From Girardia tigrina (Eukaryota): 64,000 bases of DNA. Below, one piece after another: positions 28,101-40,100 of this stretch (positions are counted from its first letter, which is position 1; every line of letters begins with the position of its first letter). The notes beneath the pieces are model-generated. The model did no database searches, was not told where the DNA came from, and worked only from the letters and a program-made list of their open reading frames with translations. A program made the translations under genes and the position numbers. Where the stretch lies: assembly GCA_001938485.1 (NCBI GenBank), contig MQRK01227496.1, positions 1 through 64,000 of the forward strand, in the 5' to 3' direction.

Positions 28101-31100
28101 GTGGGTCATCTGTGTTGATTTCAAAGTTATTACCATTCTGAATGGACTACAATTGAGGTGCACTCAGAACTGCTGTTTTCTTTGCTTGTTGGACAGTCGA
28201 AATCACGCTCCCAACTATCTTTACGAAATATGACTCTTCTTGGTAAGAGCTACATCGTCAAAGCGTGATATTGCTACCTCTCCATATCAAGCTCGGATTG
28301 ATGAAGTAGTAGTAAAAAAGTTGGACAAAGAATGCACGGCGTTCAAATACCTGAGCAAAAAATTCATGTGCTGAACGCGGTAAATATTAAATAAGGAGTG
28401 TTTGTGGGACCGCAGATCAGAGACTTGCTGAACCACAACCAGTTTGAAAAGATCATGGATCACATTCAACAGGCATATTGGAGAGCTTTTTAGGCTATAT
28501 TTCAAGGGTTTCTCGGAAATTTCAGCGCTAAGAATTATAAAGAACTTGCTAAGTACCTACTACACTCCTACGAAGCTTTTGAATGCAATCTGATTCTAAA
28601 AGCTTCACTTTTTGATGTCTCATTTAGATTTCTTCCTGGAGAATATGTACAGTATCAGTGACGAACATAGAGAGTGTTTTCATAAAGACGTCGCTGTAAT
28701 GATAAAATGTTACAAAGGGAAATCTGCATATTGATAAATGATGCAACGTAACGCTCCTGACGTTCGCCATAAGCGAGCAACTTCGCCAAAACACTTCTAA
28801 ACACTGTTTACATCTATTCCGTTACTATTTTTGTATATCAGTTTGTATTAAAGCGTTTTCCGTATACCTACATCAGTTTTCAATTACTATTTCTACCTAA
28901 ATTAGGTTAAAAATAAGGAAAATAATTTCTCTCATTTTCCTACTATTGGAGTCATGATGACTAGAACGGACATTAGATTCGGAATCAGGACTATCGACTA
29001 GGAATATGGTGAATTTCTCCATGAACTTTTTTGAAAGCGTATATTTGTTGGACAGTGTAATTATGCTTCTTTGTAAATTAATGTATCAAAAATTTTTTTA
29101 TGGAATTCCGCAGTGTATTTATTACAATATTTTTATTGGGAAATTTTTGATTGTGTGATAAAAAAGTTTTATTGTTCACTGAAAAAGTTAATTTGAATGA
29201 ATAATTTTTTATAAAGAAAAGTTTTCAATTATTCTGTCACGGTTGTTTATGAGCACGCATTTCTTGATACTGACATTCATGAACAAATTTTAGATTTATT
29301 TTACTTCTTCAAATGAAAAAGATTCAAACAAAAGACACAAACGACGCGAAACTCATCCTGATGACATTCATCAGTTGCCCTAAACTTCTCGCGTGTGTTC
29401 GAAATGTTTTTAAAAATATCTAGTTGCAAATGAAATTTGACCGTCGTGTTCAATGTTATCATTGAGGATTTTGTTGTCATCCTCTTAGTATATTACATTT
29501 GTATATTTCTATTTGTAGAGACCTGGGAAGACAATCACAACAACTAGGCATTTTCTTTTACTAAAATAAAATATAAAACCTGGTTTTCACCCTATTTAAC
29601 TGTTAAGGCTATTGGACTGTTCCATTGAAAGTAAATTTTAAAAAATACTTTAGAATTAATTTTCAAATATTGATATAAAGTTACAGTGGCCATTTTCAGA
29701 TCATTATTTTTGTAAGCTTGAATTATCATTTAATTTTAAACTATTTCCTTATTAAAAATTGGAAGACGTCATTTTAAAATACAATTTTTTATTAGATCAA
29801 TATATTTCGACGGAATATCCATCATCGTCAGGTGATTCTGATTGTAGCTGTTAAGCTTATGTATTTAAAAATGAGGATTGTACAATCAATTACGGAATTA
29901 CTGTTTCACCGAAAACTTCACTACAAACTTCCCCCGACTGAACCGATAGCTGTGTATTGTAGGGACTATAGTACCAGAATTGACGCACAGGGTAGTGAGT
30001 CATAGATTCTGTATCGGGTAGAAACCAAAAATTGACAATACAGACCTTACTGACTTTCTCGTACGGCTTTAGATGCAAGAATGTGAGCTTTCAGTGCACG
30101 GACACGCTTCGGTTTCCCAGTCAGAAAGGACCAGTCATGATCCCTCGTACCGTGATTCTGTAGAGTTTTCACTGTGTAAACACGTTTCGTACAATAAGTA
30201 AAGTTACACCGAAATATCCCCACATCATTTGTATTATTTAACCGAAAATCGAGAACCCTTGGAACCACTCCTGGGTCCATGTCCGCTGTACCGTCGAGGG
30301 GCCCTGACATATCTTGCATCACGATCGGGTTTGAAGATTTTGTACATCCTCCATCAACGTTATTTTGTGAAGCACTAGTACCACTGGTATTGCCTTGGGT
30401 TCGTTGATCGATCAATAAATGTCGCTTTAACCAATTATACCATCCGTTTTATATGTTTTGTGACAATTTTCCATGGGGCACTATATAGGTTTGTATAAAA
30501 TAGATTTATAAGATTCGTGATTTAATACATGAGTGACTTTTGTATTTAAGTTTATGCACTAAAAATATGAATACTAAATAATTTAAAAAATTTAAAAGAA
30601 TTTTATTTTCATATATTCTTTTGTAGTCATTTATTTCAATTACGAAAACGTTGTTTCGAGTGTGACTCGACATAGAACCGCAAAAGATTTATGTAATTAT
30701 TTAATATACAGGGTGCCCCAAGTTCACAACTCATCAAATGTGAAAAAAATGTTAAATAATTAAACCTTTAAAAAAATAAAACAAGCAAAAAAACACTGAA
30801 TTATTTGCAAAAAAAATAATTGATTTCACAATCAATTAGCATGGTGATTTTTATGGCTGAAAATTATCAAATGCGGAATGGTATTTCAATGACAATACAT
30901 TGACATATAAAGTACCACATAAATATCGGCCTGTTAGTAGAACGAGCAGCTTTGTCGTGGATACTCTTTCAATAAGGAGACTTAATATTGGCGGTATTTT
31001 GAAAGAACGTATTTATAGTGGGAGTTAAGGAAGCATAGACACAGCTCAATCCTCTGCTTCTTGGTAGAACAAATCATTTAGCATATAGATTGTAAAGTTC

Positions 31101-34100
31101 TTGTAGCTCATGTGTCGACCATTCATTCGACCATTCATAAGACTTAGTTGATTTATGGAAAACATGACTCCCAGCAAAACCATGAACATATCTGATGTCT
31201 GTCTTAGGACGTTGCATGTGGCTACTGTTTTGTTTCGTAAACTTTAGGTTGGATGAGTGGGAACTTGACTAAAAGTATACACTTGCATTATGACAAACCT
31301 GAAAATTTGTCTTAGAAATATCAAGTATATGCGATTACATGTTCGATATTAACATCAAGTACTATTTGGTATAACATATATACCATATAGATGATATGTG
31401 CCATTCGGCAAACCAACTGAACTGAAAATTTGTTGAATGTGGACGAAAGACCATACTTAGTATGGTGGAGAGAGACCGGAATAGTTGTATCTAGATTCTC
31501 ATGATAAGCTCCTCTAAACATATCGTCACGAGGGGAAGGAATCCTCGGATAATCACTTCTCACAGTATGAGGAAGTATATTTCTTTGTCTGCATTTGACG
31601 TTTCTTCATTATAAGCAAGTTTTTTTCAAGTGTATTGCTGCTTACATTCTTATGATTAGTTATAACATTTGTTAGGTTAGCTTCAGCTTCGGATCTCGAT
31701 AAATCGTTCTGACTCTTATAAGGATAACTCAATATTTTGTTTGAAGACTTGTTAGTTCTTTCCAGCTGTGCTTTCCGTTTTTTTTTCGATTTTTCCAAAA
31801 CTCAATTGAAAATGATTTTATTTTAGTTTTACAATATTTTCATCAAACTAATTTTCTAAAATTACAAATCGTAATATATTAATAATCGGATTTACTGAAT
31901 TGTATTTAATGAATAACTTATTGCCTAAAAATTAAATTCTTTATCAAATTTAAACTAAAAGTTAAGTTATTATTTTACACTTAATTTACTTTTTTGTTTT
32001 ATTAATCAAAGTCGAAATATTCGCCAATCGGTAATCTAGATCTTTGAAAACGCCACAAAATATAAATAATTAAACAGGATTTTACATAAATGCATAGATG
32101 AAAAACCCGTCGGAAACTTGAAACAAGCATCGATCGTCCGGACAAGCGAGTTAATCAACTAAAATAAATGAAATATGTATTCAAGATAAATGTCCGTAGA
32201 AAACAAAAGGAGACACGAAATAATAACGGACTCAAAGACTAATAAATTTTGCTTTTCTAACATAGTCTAATTAATAAAAGGAAAACACAATTGAAAACAA
32301 AAAAAAACAAGCGTAAAAAATTCTCCCAGTTCTTTGCCGAAAGTGATTTTGTAGAAATTATTTCATTTTTATTATAAATTTATAAAAAATATAATATAAA
32401 ATATAATATAATTTTACAGTATTTCTATGAAAATAAATATTAAAACAACACTTCAAAAAGATTTCAATCACAAAAAAATCAAACTATTATTTATAATAAA
32501 ATAGTAAAATTATATAATTAAAATTAATGAATTTAAACAAAAAATTGATTAAAAATAAAATAAACCGATAATTTACGATTCTTTGATTTGTTGTTAGGAT
32601 TTTTTTCCTATGTTAAAAGTCGAATAAAACCGTAAATAATGTAGAATTAAGTTTAAATATTTTGTAATGTTGTTTTTTCAAAGCGGTAGTTGATTTAAAC
32701 AAATAAATACTTTGAATATTTTTTTGTTTTGTTTCAAAATAGAAAAAAAGAATTTTTAATAGTTTTTTTTTCAAAAAAAATGAGTTTTTGAATTTTTTTG
32801 AATCTCCATTGAATACTTTGTCGGGTTTTAATTTATTCTTTATTTATTAATTTTCTTATTGTCTCATTAAATAATTTTTCAAGGGACGATTTACATGGCC
32901 ATTCTTATGCAAAATTTATTTAACATAGTTTGGCAAGCATCAGTTTCACAAATCTTGAAGACCATGACCTAAATATAAAAACATCTTATCACACTTTGTT
33001 TATACTAAGGTTAAAAGAAGCTTTTAGCAGTTGTTTATAACCCCGTATCCCATTTTCTATCTCTATTTTTTGTCTCATAATGAATTTCTTTCCTCTCAAT
33101 TGACAGATCTAAAAACAGTGAAGAACCATTCTTTTCCAACTTTACCGTGAAAACAATATTTCGATGTAAATAATTCATATATGCCAGCAAGGTCAACATA
33201 TAATCCTTTCCATAAGTGTGACAAATTTTCAAGACAGACTGTTTTGAATAATTAAATCAATAACAAAGATATACGACAAAAATGAGATAAAAATATTTTA
33301 TTGTAATTTAAAAATAAGACGATTGATTTTTATAAGAATAATATAATGAAAGTGTTAAAATTGTCACCAAAATTTATATCAACATGCAGACAGACGACTA
33401 ATAAATCATTTTTTTTAATTTAAAATATATTTTGTTGTTCAAAAAAGTTTGAAGGATATATATATATATATATATATATCCTATGCAAATAAAGCTAAGT
33501 TGTTTTTAAACGAAAGATATTCTTCTAAAATTCTTATATACTTCACCGGACAGTTTTTGTGAACTGAAGTATAAAAGACACATGATTAAAAGCTTAATTT
33601 ATCGCTGTTAAATCTATAGAAAGTGTTAATAAACTAATTTCCTTGTTACATCAGAATTGTTATTCTACATCTTTTCTGGAAAATGAAGGAAACAGTTGAT
33701 AAAATACTTTTGAAAGATATTTCAAACAATAAGAAATTAGCTTCTCTTGATAGATCTAAGAAAGAAATTGAAGTATCATTAGATATTAATAATATGCATA
33801 AATATTGCTTAATTGTACCTTATTCGGAAGGATTTAAAAACTTTAAAAATACATTGTTAAAAGCAGCTAACAATGAATAAAATTTAAAAATTATATCACG
33901 ATCTCATAAATTCAAAATATGTTCAGTAATAAATATGTTACACCTTTAATACTTTGTTCTGATGTTGTTTATGAATATAAATGTAATGGGTGCGATGTCA
34001 CATACATTGGAGAGACTGCCCGTAATCTCTGTATAGAATTCAAGAACATGGTCGAAAAGAGAGTAAGAGTAATATTGCAGAATATAGGAAAAATGTAAAT

Positions 34101-37100
34101 GTGATGTTAATTTTCATAATTTCTAAATTCTGTGTAAGCATTTTGACAGTTATTGGGAGAGAGTGTCGTGTGAAGCATTGTTAATTAGGTCACGTTGCCC
34201 TAAAATCAATGTTCAATCGGCAGTCTCAACAACCTTATTGAGAATTTTTGATTAGCGTGATTTCATGCAATCGATTACATAATCATCATTTTTTGTATTT
34301 ATATACAGGTGAATTGATTATTAATCAGTGACCTGAAGATGACGGTAGATCCGTCGAAATATATTATCTCTAAATATATTTTAAATGGATGAGTTTCGTT
34401 TTCAATTCTTCTAAAAGGTATGTTTTAAGTTCCTTGTAATTTAATATTAAGGTGATTAAAATGGACCATCAAATTTGTCATTAAGTATAATTTTTCTAGT
34501 CAATCATCATCAGGCAACTCCATAATAACAATATTTTTCCTATCAACAATAATTTTATTTCCGGCAGACAATCAGAAAAACGGTGAAATACTTTGCCCTT
34601 CGAAACCCATTTTACTTTATTTTGAAGATAGATATTAAAACAATATTTGGTTCTAGCTCAGGGGAGGCCAGACATTTCTCGACGAAAGCCGCAAATCAAA
34701 AATATCAGATTTTTAAGAGCCACATGAAGAAAAATGTTTCAATATATTATGAAATATATGACAGTAGATATAAAGCCAAGGTTTTAAAAATATTTTATAC
34801 ATTACAAATGAAATGTTTTTAAACATTTATTTTTAATCGACATATGTTTATTCTACGTTTATTTATTAATTAAAAATCTGTGAAAAGCCGGTTCGTAGGT
34901 TTTTAGTACCGTACGAATAAGTTCAGTTGAATGTTCATTAGTCAGTTGGGAACGGTATTTTGATTAATTAAAATTCATTGTTAAATACAAAGATTAACAA
35001 GATTTTTTTTCACATTCAATTTTTTAAAGTAAGATATTTCGAATCCGGTACGATTTTCCAAAATTATTATAAATTCCCGTGATTTATGGTGCATCCGTAA
35101 TGCACGATCCTCTTGAATTTCTATTAAATCCACATTTGCAACAGCTTTGTTAGATAATTAATACTTTGGAAATGTAAATTCTTCGCTCATTATATTAGGT
35201 GTACAACTAATTAATTTCGTATTTGTTATCACTTTTATACTTAAATAAATGGTTTTTTAACAAAAAACACGAAATTAATTAGTTGTACACCCAATATCAA
35301 TTTGAAATAGACGAACAAGTAATTCAACACAATATCTTAAATATCTTCATTTTTTTCAAGAGCCGCATTAAAAAGTTAGAAAAGCCGCTGTTTGGACATG
35401 TCTGTACTAGCTCATTTATTTCCTTTTTCAACTATAAAATAATCCTTGAAAAAAATTCAAGAGCTGAAATAATAATGATACCTTTGATTAAAATTTTGAA
35501 TATGATAACTATGAGGAGTTAGTTAATTTTCTATTTGCTGAAAACCTTTAATAATTTAGATATGATTAGAATTTTTAAACATTATTTTAAATTTTTTTAA
35601 AATATACTTCAAATTCAATTTTGATTTAAAGATTAATAATATATTTGAAATACAATATGTTCTTAAGAATATAATTTCTGAAAATAATAATTTTGAACTA
35701 TAATTACTTTTTAATATGTGGGTATAAAATGTTTTCCTAAATTTTAAAAGAAATATTATTTTAAAATAAATTATATCAATTTTAAATTAAAAAAATATTT
35801 TAAATATTTTGTAAAGAATTGTTTATCTTTAAAATATGTATTATTTTAGAATAAATTTTAATCGATTTCGATATTGTTTTTAGGTTGCAGTTTTGAGAAC
35901 TTTAATAAGAATTCGATCGTTAAAATAAATGTCGGCGAATCGATTATTAAAAGGAAATTGAAAATTTGTTTGAATTTGTATAAAATAAAAAATATTATTT
36001 TGTGCTAATATAAAAGTTTGCAATTATGAATTCAAATTCAAATATAAAAAATGATACCAACGGAACTTACAATAATAAAAAGTACTTTGAAAGACATGTT
36101 GGACCGGGAGAAGATAGTGTCAAAATATAAAAGTGAAACATTCCTTTAAAGTTTCCTTCTTTAATCTACGGTCTCAAGACTTATGTTCCAATTAATAAAA
36201 TCCCCAACATTTATACCAAATTCTGAGTTTCTTTTAATTTAAAAAGTATTTTTTTAAATATATACATAACAAAATGAATTATTGTTTTAAAAAAAATTGT
36301 CATTAAAATTTCTATTTTATTTTCACCACTATATTTATACACTGTTTAATTAAATTACATTTATTTTTTATTGATTCATTATACTCATGCAACATTTTAT
36401 TATTATGAAGAGAAATTATCAAGAGGTTTACATGGTGTTAATGATTATTTATTATTTCCAGTCTCTTTTTGTACTAGCAAATCTGTTTCGTCAAATACAC
36501 TATTCTTAAAGAGGCCCCCGAGGAATGATCCCATCAATCTTCCTTTAAAAGTCTGAAAGATGATTTTGTAAATTGCGAAGGAAATCGGATAAATGTTTAT
36601 TTTTCAATTTGTATTTTTCTACTTAACATCAATTGATATTTGTGTCTTTATAATCATTTGTTTATTTTTATTATTAATTAAAAAAATAATTTTATTAAAT
36701 ATATTTTTATTATTTTTGTATGATTTTACGAAGTGAAACTTATGAAAGGAAATGTACATTATTATTTAATTTTAAAAATAAAATAAAAAGATCAAATGTA
36801 TTTTTTAGACCAAGAAAGACAAATAGCAATTAAAAAAATATTATTATCTTTACTTATAATATTCTATACTAAAAATATTCTGTATTATATAAGCTTTTGA
36901 TCAATCATTTTCAGCATTGTCTTGAGTTAACAGTTAACATAATTCGTAGTTTATTGTTCATATACAGGGTGCGGCAGCTATTTGAGAACAAAATGACATA
37001 AAGTTCAAAAAATGAATATACAACAGAAAAATAATATTTATTACAATTTAAAATTTTACATATATTAACACGTACATANNNNNNNNNNNNNNNNNNNNNN

Positions 37101-40100
37101 NNNNNNNNNNNNNNNNNNNNNNNNNNNNNNNNNNNNNNNNNNNNNNNNNNNNNNNNNNNNNNNNNNNNNNNNNNNNNNNNNNNNNNNNNNNNNNNNNNNN
37201 NNNNNNNNNNNNNNNNNNNNNNNNNNNNNNNNNNNNNNNNNNNNNNNNNNNNNNNNNNNNNNNNNNNNNNNNNNNNNNNNNNNNNNNNNNNNNNNNNNNN
37301 NNNNNNNNNNNNNNNNNNNNNNNNNNNNNNNNNNNNNNNNNNNNNNNNNNNNNNNNNNNNNNNNNNNNNNNNNNNNNNNNNNNNNNNNNNNNNNNNNNNN
37401 NNNNNNNNNNNNNNNNNNNNNNNNNNNNNNNNNNNNNNNNNNNNNNNNNNNNNNNNNNNNNNNNNNNNNNNNNNNNNNNNNNNNNNNNNNNNNNNNNNNN
37501 NNNNNNNNNNNNNNNNNNNNNNNNNNNNNNNNNNNNNNNNNNNNNNNNNNNNNNNNNNNNNNNNNNNNNNNNNNNNNNNNNNNNNNNNNNNNNNNNNNNN
37601 NNNNNNNNNNNNNNNNNNNNNNNNNNNNNNNNNNNNNNNNNNNNNNNNNNNNNNNNNNNNNNNNNNNNNNNNNNNNNNNNNNNNNNNNNNNNNNNNNNNN
37701 NNNNNNNNNNNNNNNNNNNNNNNNNNNNNNNNNNNNNNNNNNNNNNNNNNNNNNNNNNNNNNNNNNNNNNNNNNNNNNNNNNNNNNNNNNNNNNNNNNNN
37801 NNNNNNNNNNNNNNNNNNNNNNNNNNNNNNNNNNNNNNNNNNNNNNNNNNNNNNNNNNNNNNNNNNNNNNNNNNNNNNNNNNNNNNNNNNNNNNNNNNNN
37901 NNNNNNNNNNNNNNNNNNNNNNNNNNNNNNNNNNNNNNNNNNNNNNNNNNNNNNNNNNNNNNNNNNNNNNNNNNCATTCGTAAGAGTAGCTTCTGCCATG
38001 TCTACCAGCAAAAATAAAATTATGTAATTATAACACACAAAAAGATATGGTGTCTATATTACGTGTTCTCAAATAGCTGCTGCACCCTGTACACCTTACT
38101 TAAAACAAAATCTTTTTTATTGCGCTAAATCTGAAGAATCAGGATCATAACTGTTTTACAATAATCTAATTAATGTTTCGTGCAACGGCTATGAGCATTT
38201 TCTGGTGTACCATTCTTTTTACAGTACTATTACTGTCATGAAGGATGTGGACCGTTTTGATGTTGTTTTGTTAAATATACGAACAGACGCCAAAGGTGTT
38301 TTCGAACTTCCTTTAACTACTTATATATAAAGAATGATAACTAAATTATTCGATTAACAAAATTCATTTAATTGACAATGGAAGGTGAAAAAAGTTTTGG
38401 GTTAGATGACAGAAATATGAAATTAGGTTTATATGAACAATAAACTACGAATTATATCAATTGTTAACTCAAGACAATGCTGAAAATGATTGATCAAAAG
38501 CTTATATAAAACAGAATAATTTTAGTGCAATTTTAATATGATGATTGGAATTTTATGGAATTTTTAAAACTCGGTCTTTATTGGTTTGGACACAGAGTTC
38601 AGTATTTTTTTGCTTTGATTCTGAGAATGAGAATAGGATATTCCGGTGATTTTGGCTAGATCTGATTCAGACAATGGAAAGAAAATTAACTAAATAAGTC
38701 TGATAGGAATCGTAAAGTATGTGAGACCAGATATAAATGGAATAGTTATTGATGGATAGGTGTTGCGGACTTTGATTTTCGACTGACGAACTATGGCATG
38801 TGAATGATGAATATTTACTTGTTTGGAGACTATTTGTGCCTATTTATTTAATCCTATTTCATATCTCAGATGGTCTTCTGTGCGTGTGCAGTTTTTCTTT
38901 CCGATCTGTAACAATTTTGTTTTGCCTGCAACTACTTTTTTTTATTTCATATGTTTTTTGGTATGTTGTTTTGCGTATCAATGGAGCACGAAAACTTTTT
39001 TTTGTTAGCGTACCAAAGAAGAAAAGAAAATTCTTATATCTGCGAAAGGAAAATAAAGTCAGGAAACTGAATATAATAATCATAAATAATAAATATTGCT
39101 ATTAGCAATAAATATAAAAGTTTAAATTAGTCGATCAAAAATTATTGATCACAATAACAATTATAATAATTGCTCAATTCGCCAGAATCTCGTTTTGATT
39201 CATCATCAAAACATTGGCTAGTCCTATCAAATAAAAACAAAATTCCGGTTCAAAATCGTCGTCAACTGGTTTGCTTAATCCAGTGGACTATTTTAGGAAT
39301 CCGGAGACAGAACGATACATTTCACAAACCATAACCCTCCGATCAAGGATAACCAGTCGAAGAATCCTGATTTTCGAGAAGAATAGACACAGTCGTCAAT
39401 TTAATCGAACAAAGCAGACAATCAATCTACGACACCTTCGTCATCTTAGTCGAACATCAATATCTAACTCCAAAAACGCTTGTCGAAGTCTCAATTGGAA
39501 GTAAACGTTTTATTTTTTTGTGACAGATCTATTTGACTCTTGCTGATATTCTCGACATCATCATTCTTTTGTGATCAAACAACGCCTTTCGTTTTCTTGC
39601 TATCATCCGTTAATAATTGTGTATATATAATTATAATTTCGATGGTTGGTACGTCTCTTTTATTTTAACCATTACGAGATTGCGTAGACGAGCTAGTGAC
39701 GATCTTTGACTCGCTTACGTAATAATAGGCACCAACATAGTGAGAATTATTTGATACTGAATAATTTCTGTTATTTGTAATTTTTATCTGTTTTCACCGA
39801 AGAGATTTCTCTGTAGAGTCCGTGGATTTTTATTTTTAGGTTTTATAATTATAGATATTTTATATTCATATATATTTTAAGATTTAAATATTTATAATAT
39901 TGTTATTATACATATTCTCTTCTGACTGGAGTAACTGTTTAGGGTAAGATCATGTAGTAAAAACAGGAAAGAGATCTTATAAATAAGTATATAAATAAAT
40001 TAAAAAAGGAAATAAATAAAATACATCTTATTTTAATATAAATACTAACATATTTGTGTTTGGGTATGTCACTACACTCGCTACTTAGTGTCTATTTAAA

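Noticed and set aside
35080-35147. Cys-rich short frame [14 protein letters not shown] on the minus strand
   Set aside because: The neighbouring frame matches a hAT/Buster transposase remnant and lies inside a TSD-bounded hAT element.
36911-38038. 375-aa and 309-aa ORFs in the track
   Set aside because: Almost entirely N-gap translated as X; likewise the ORFs at 20091, 25501, 55930 and 55938.
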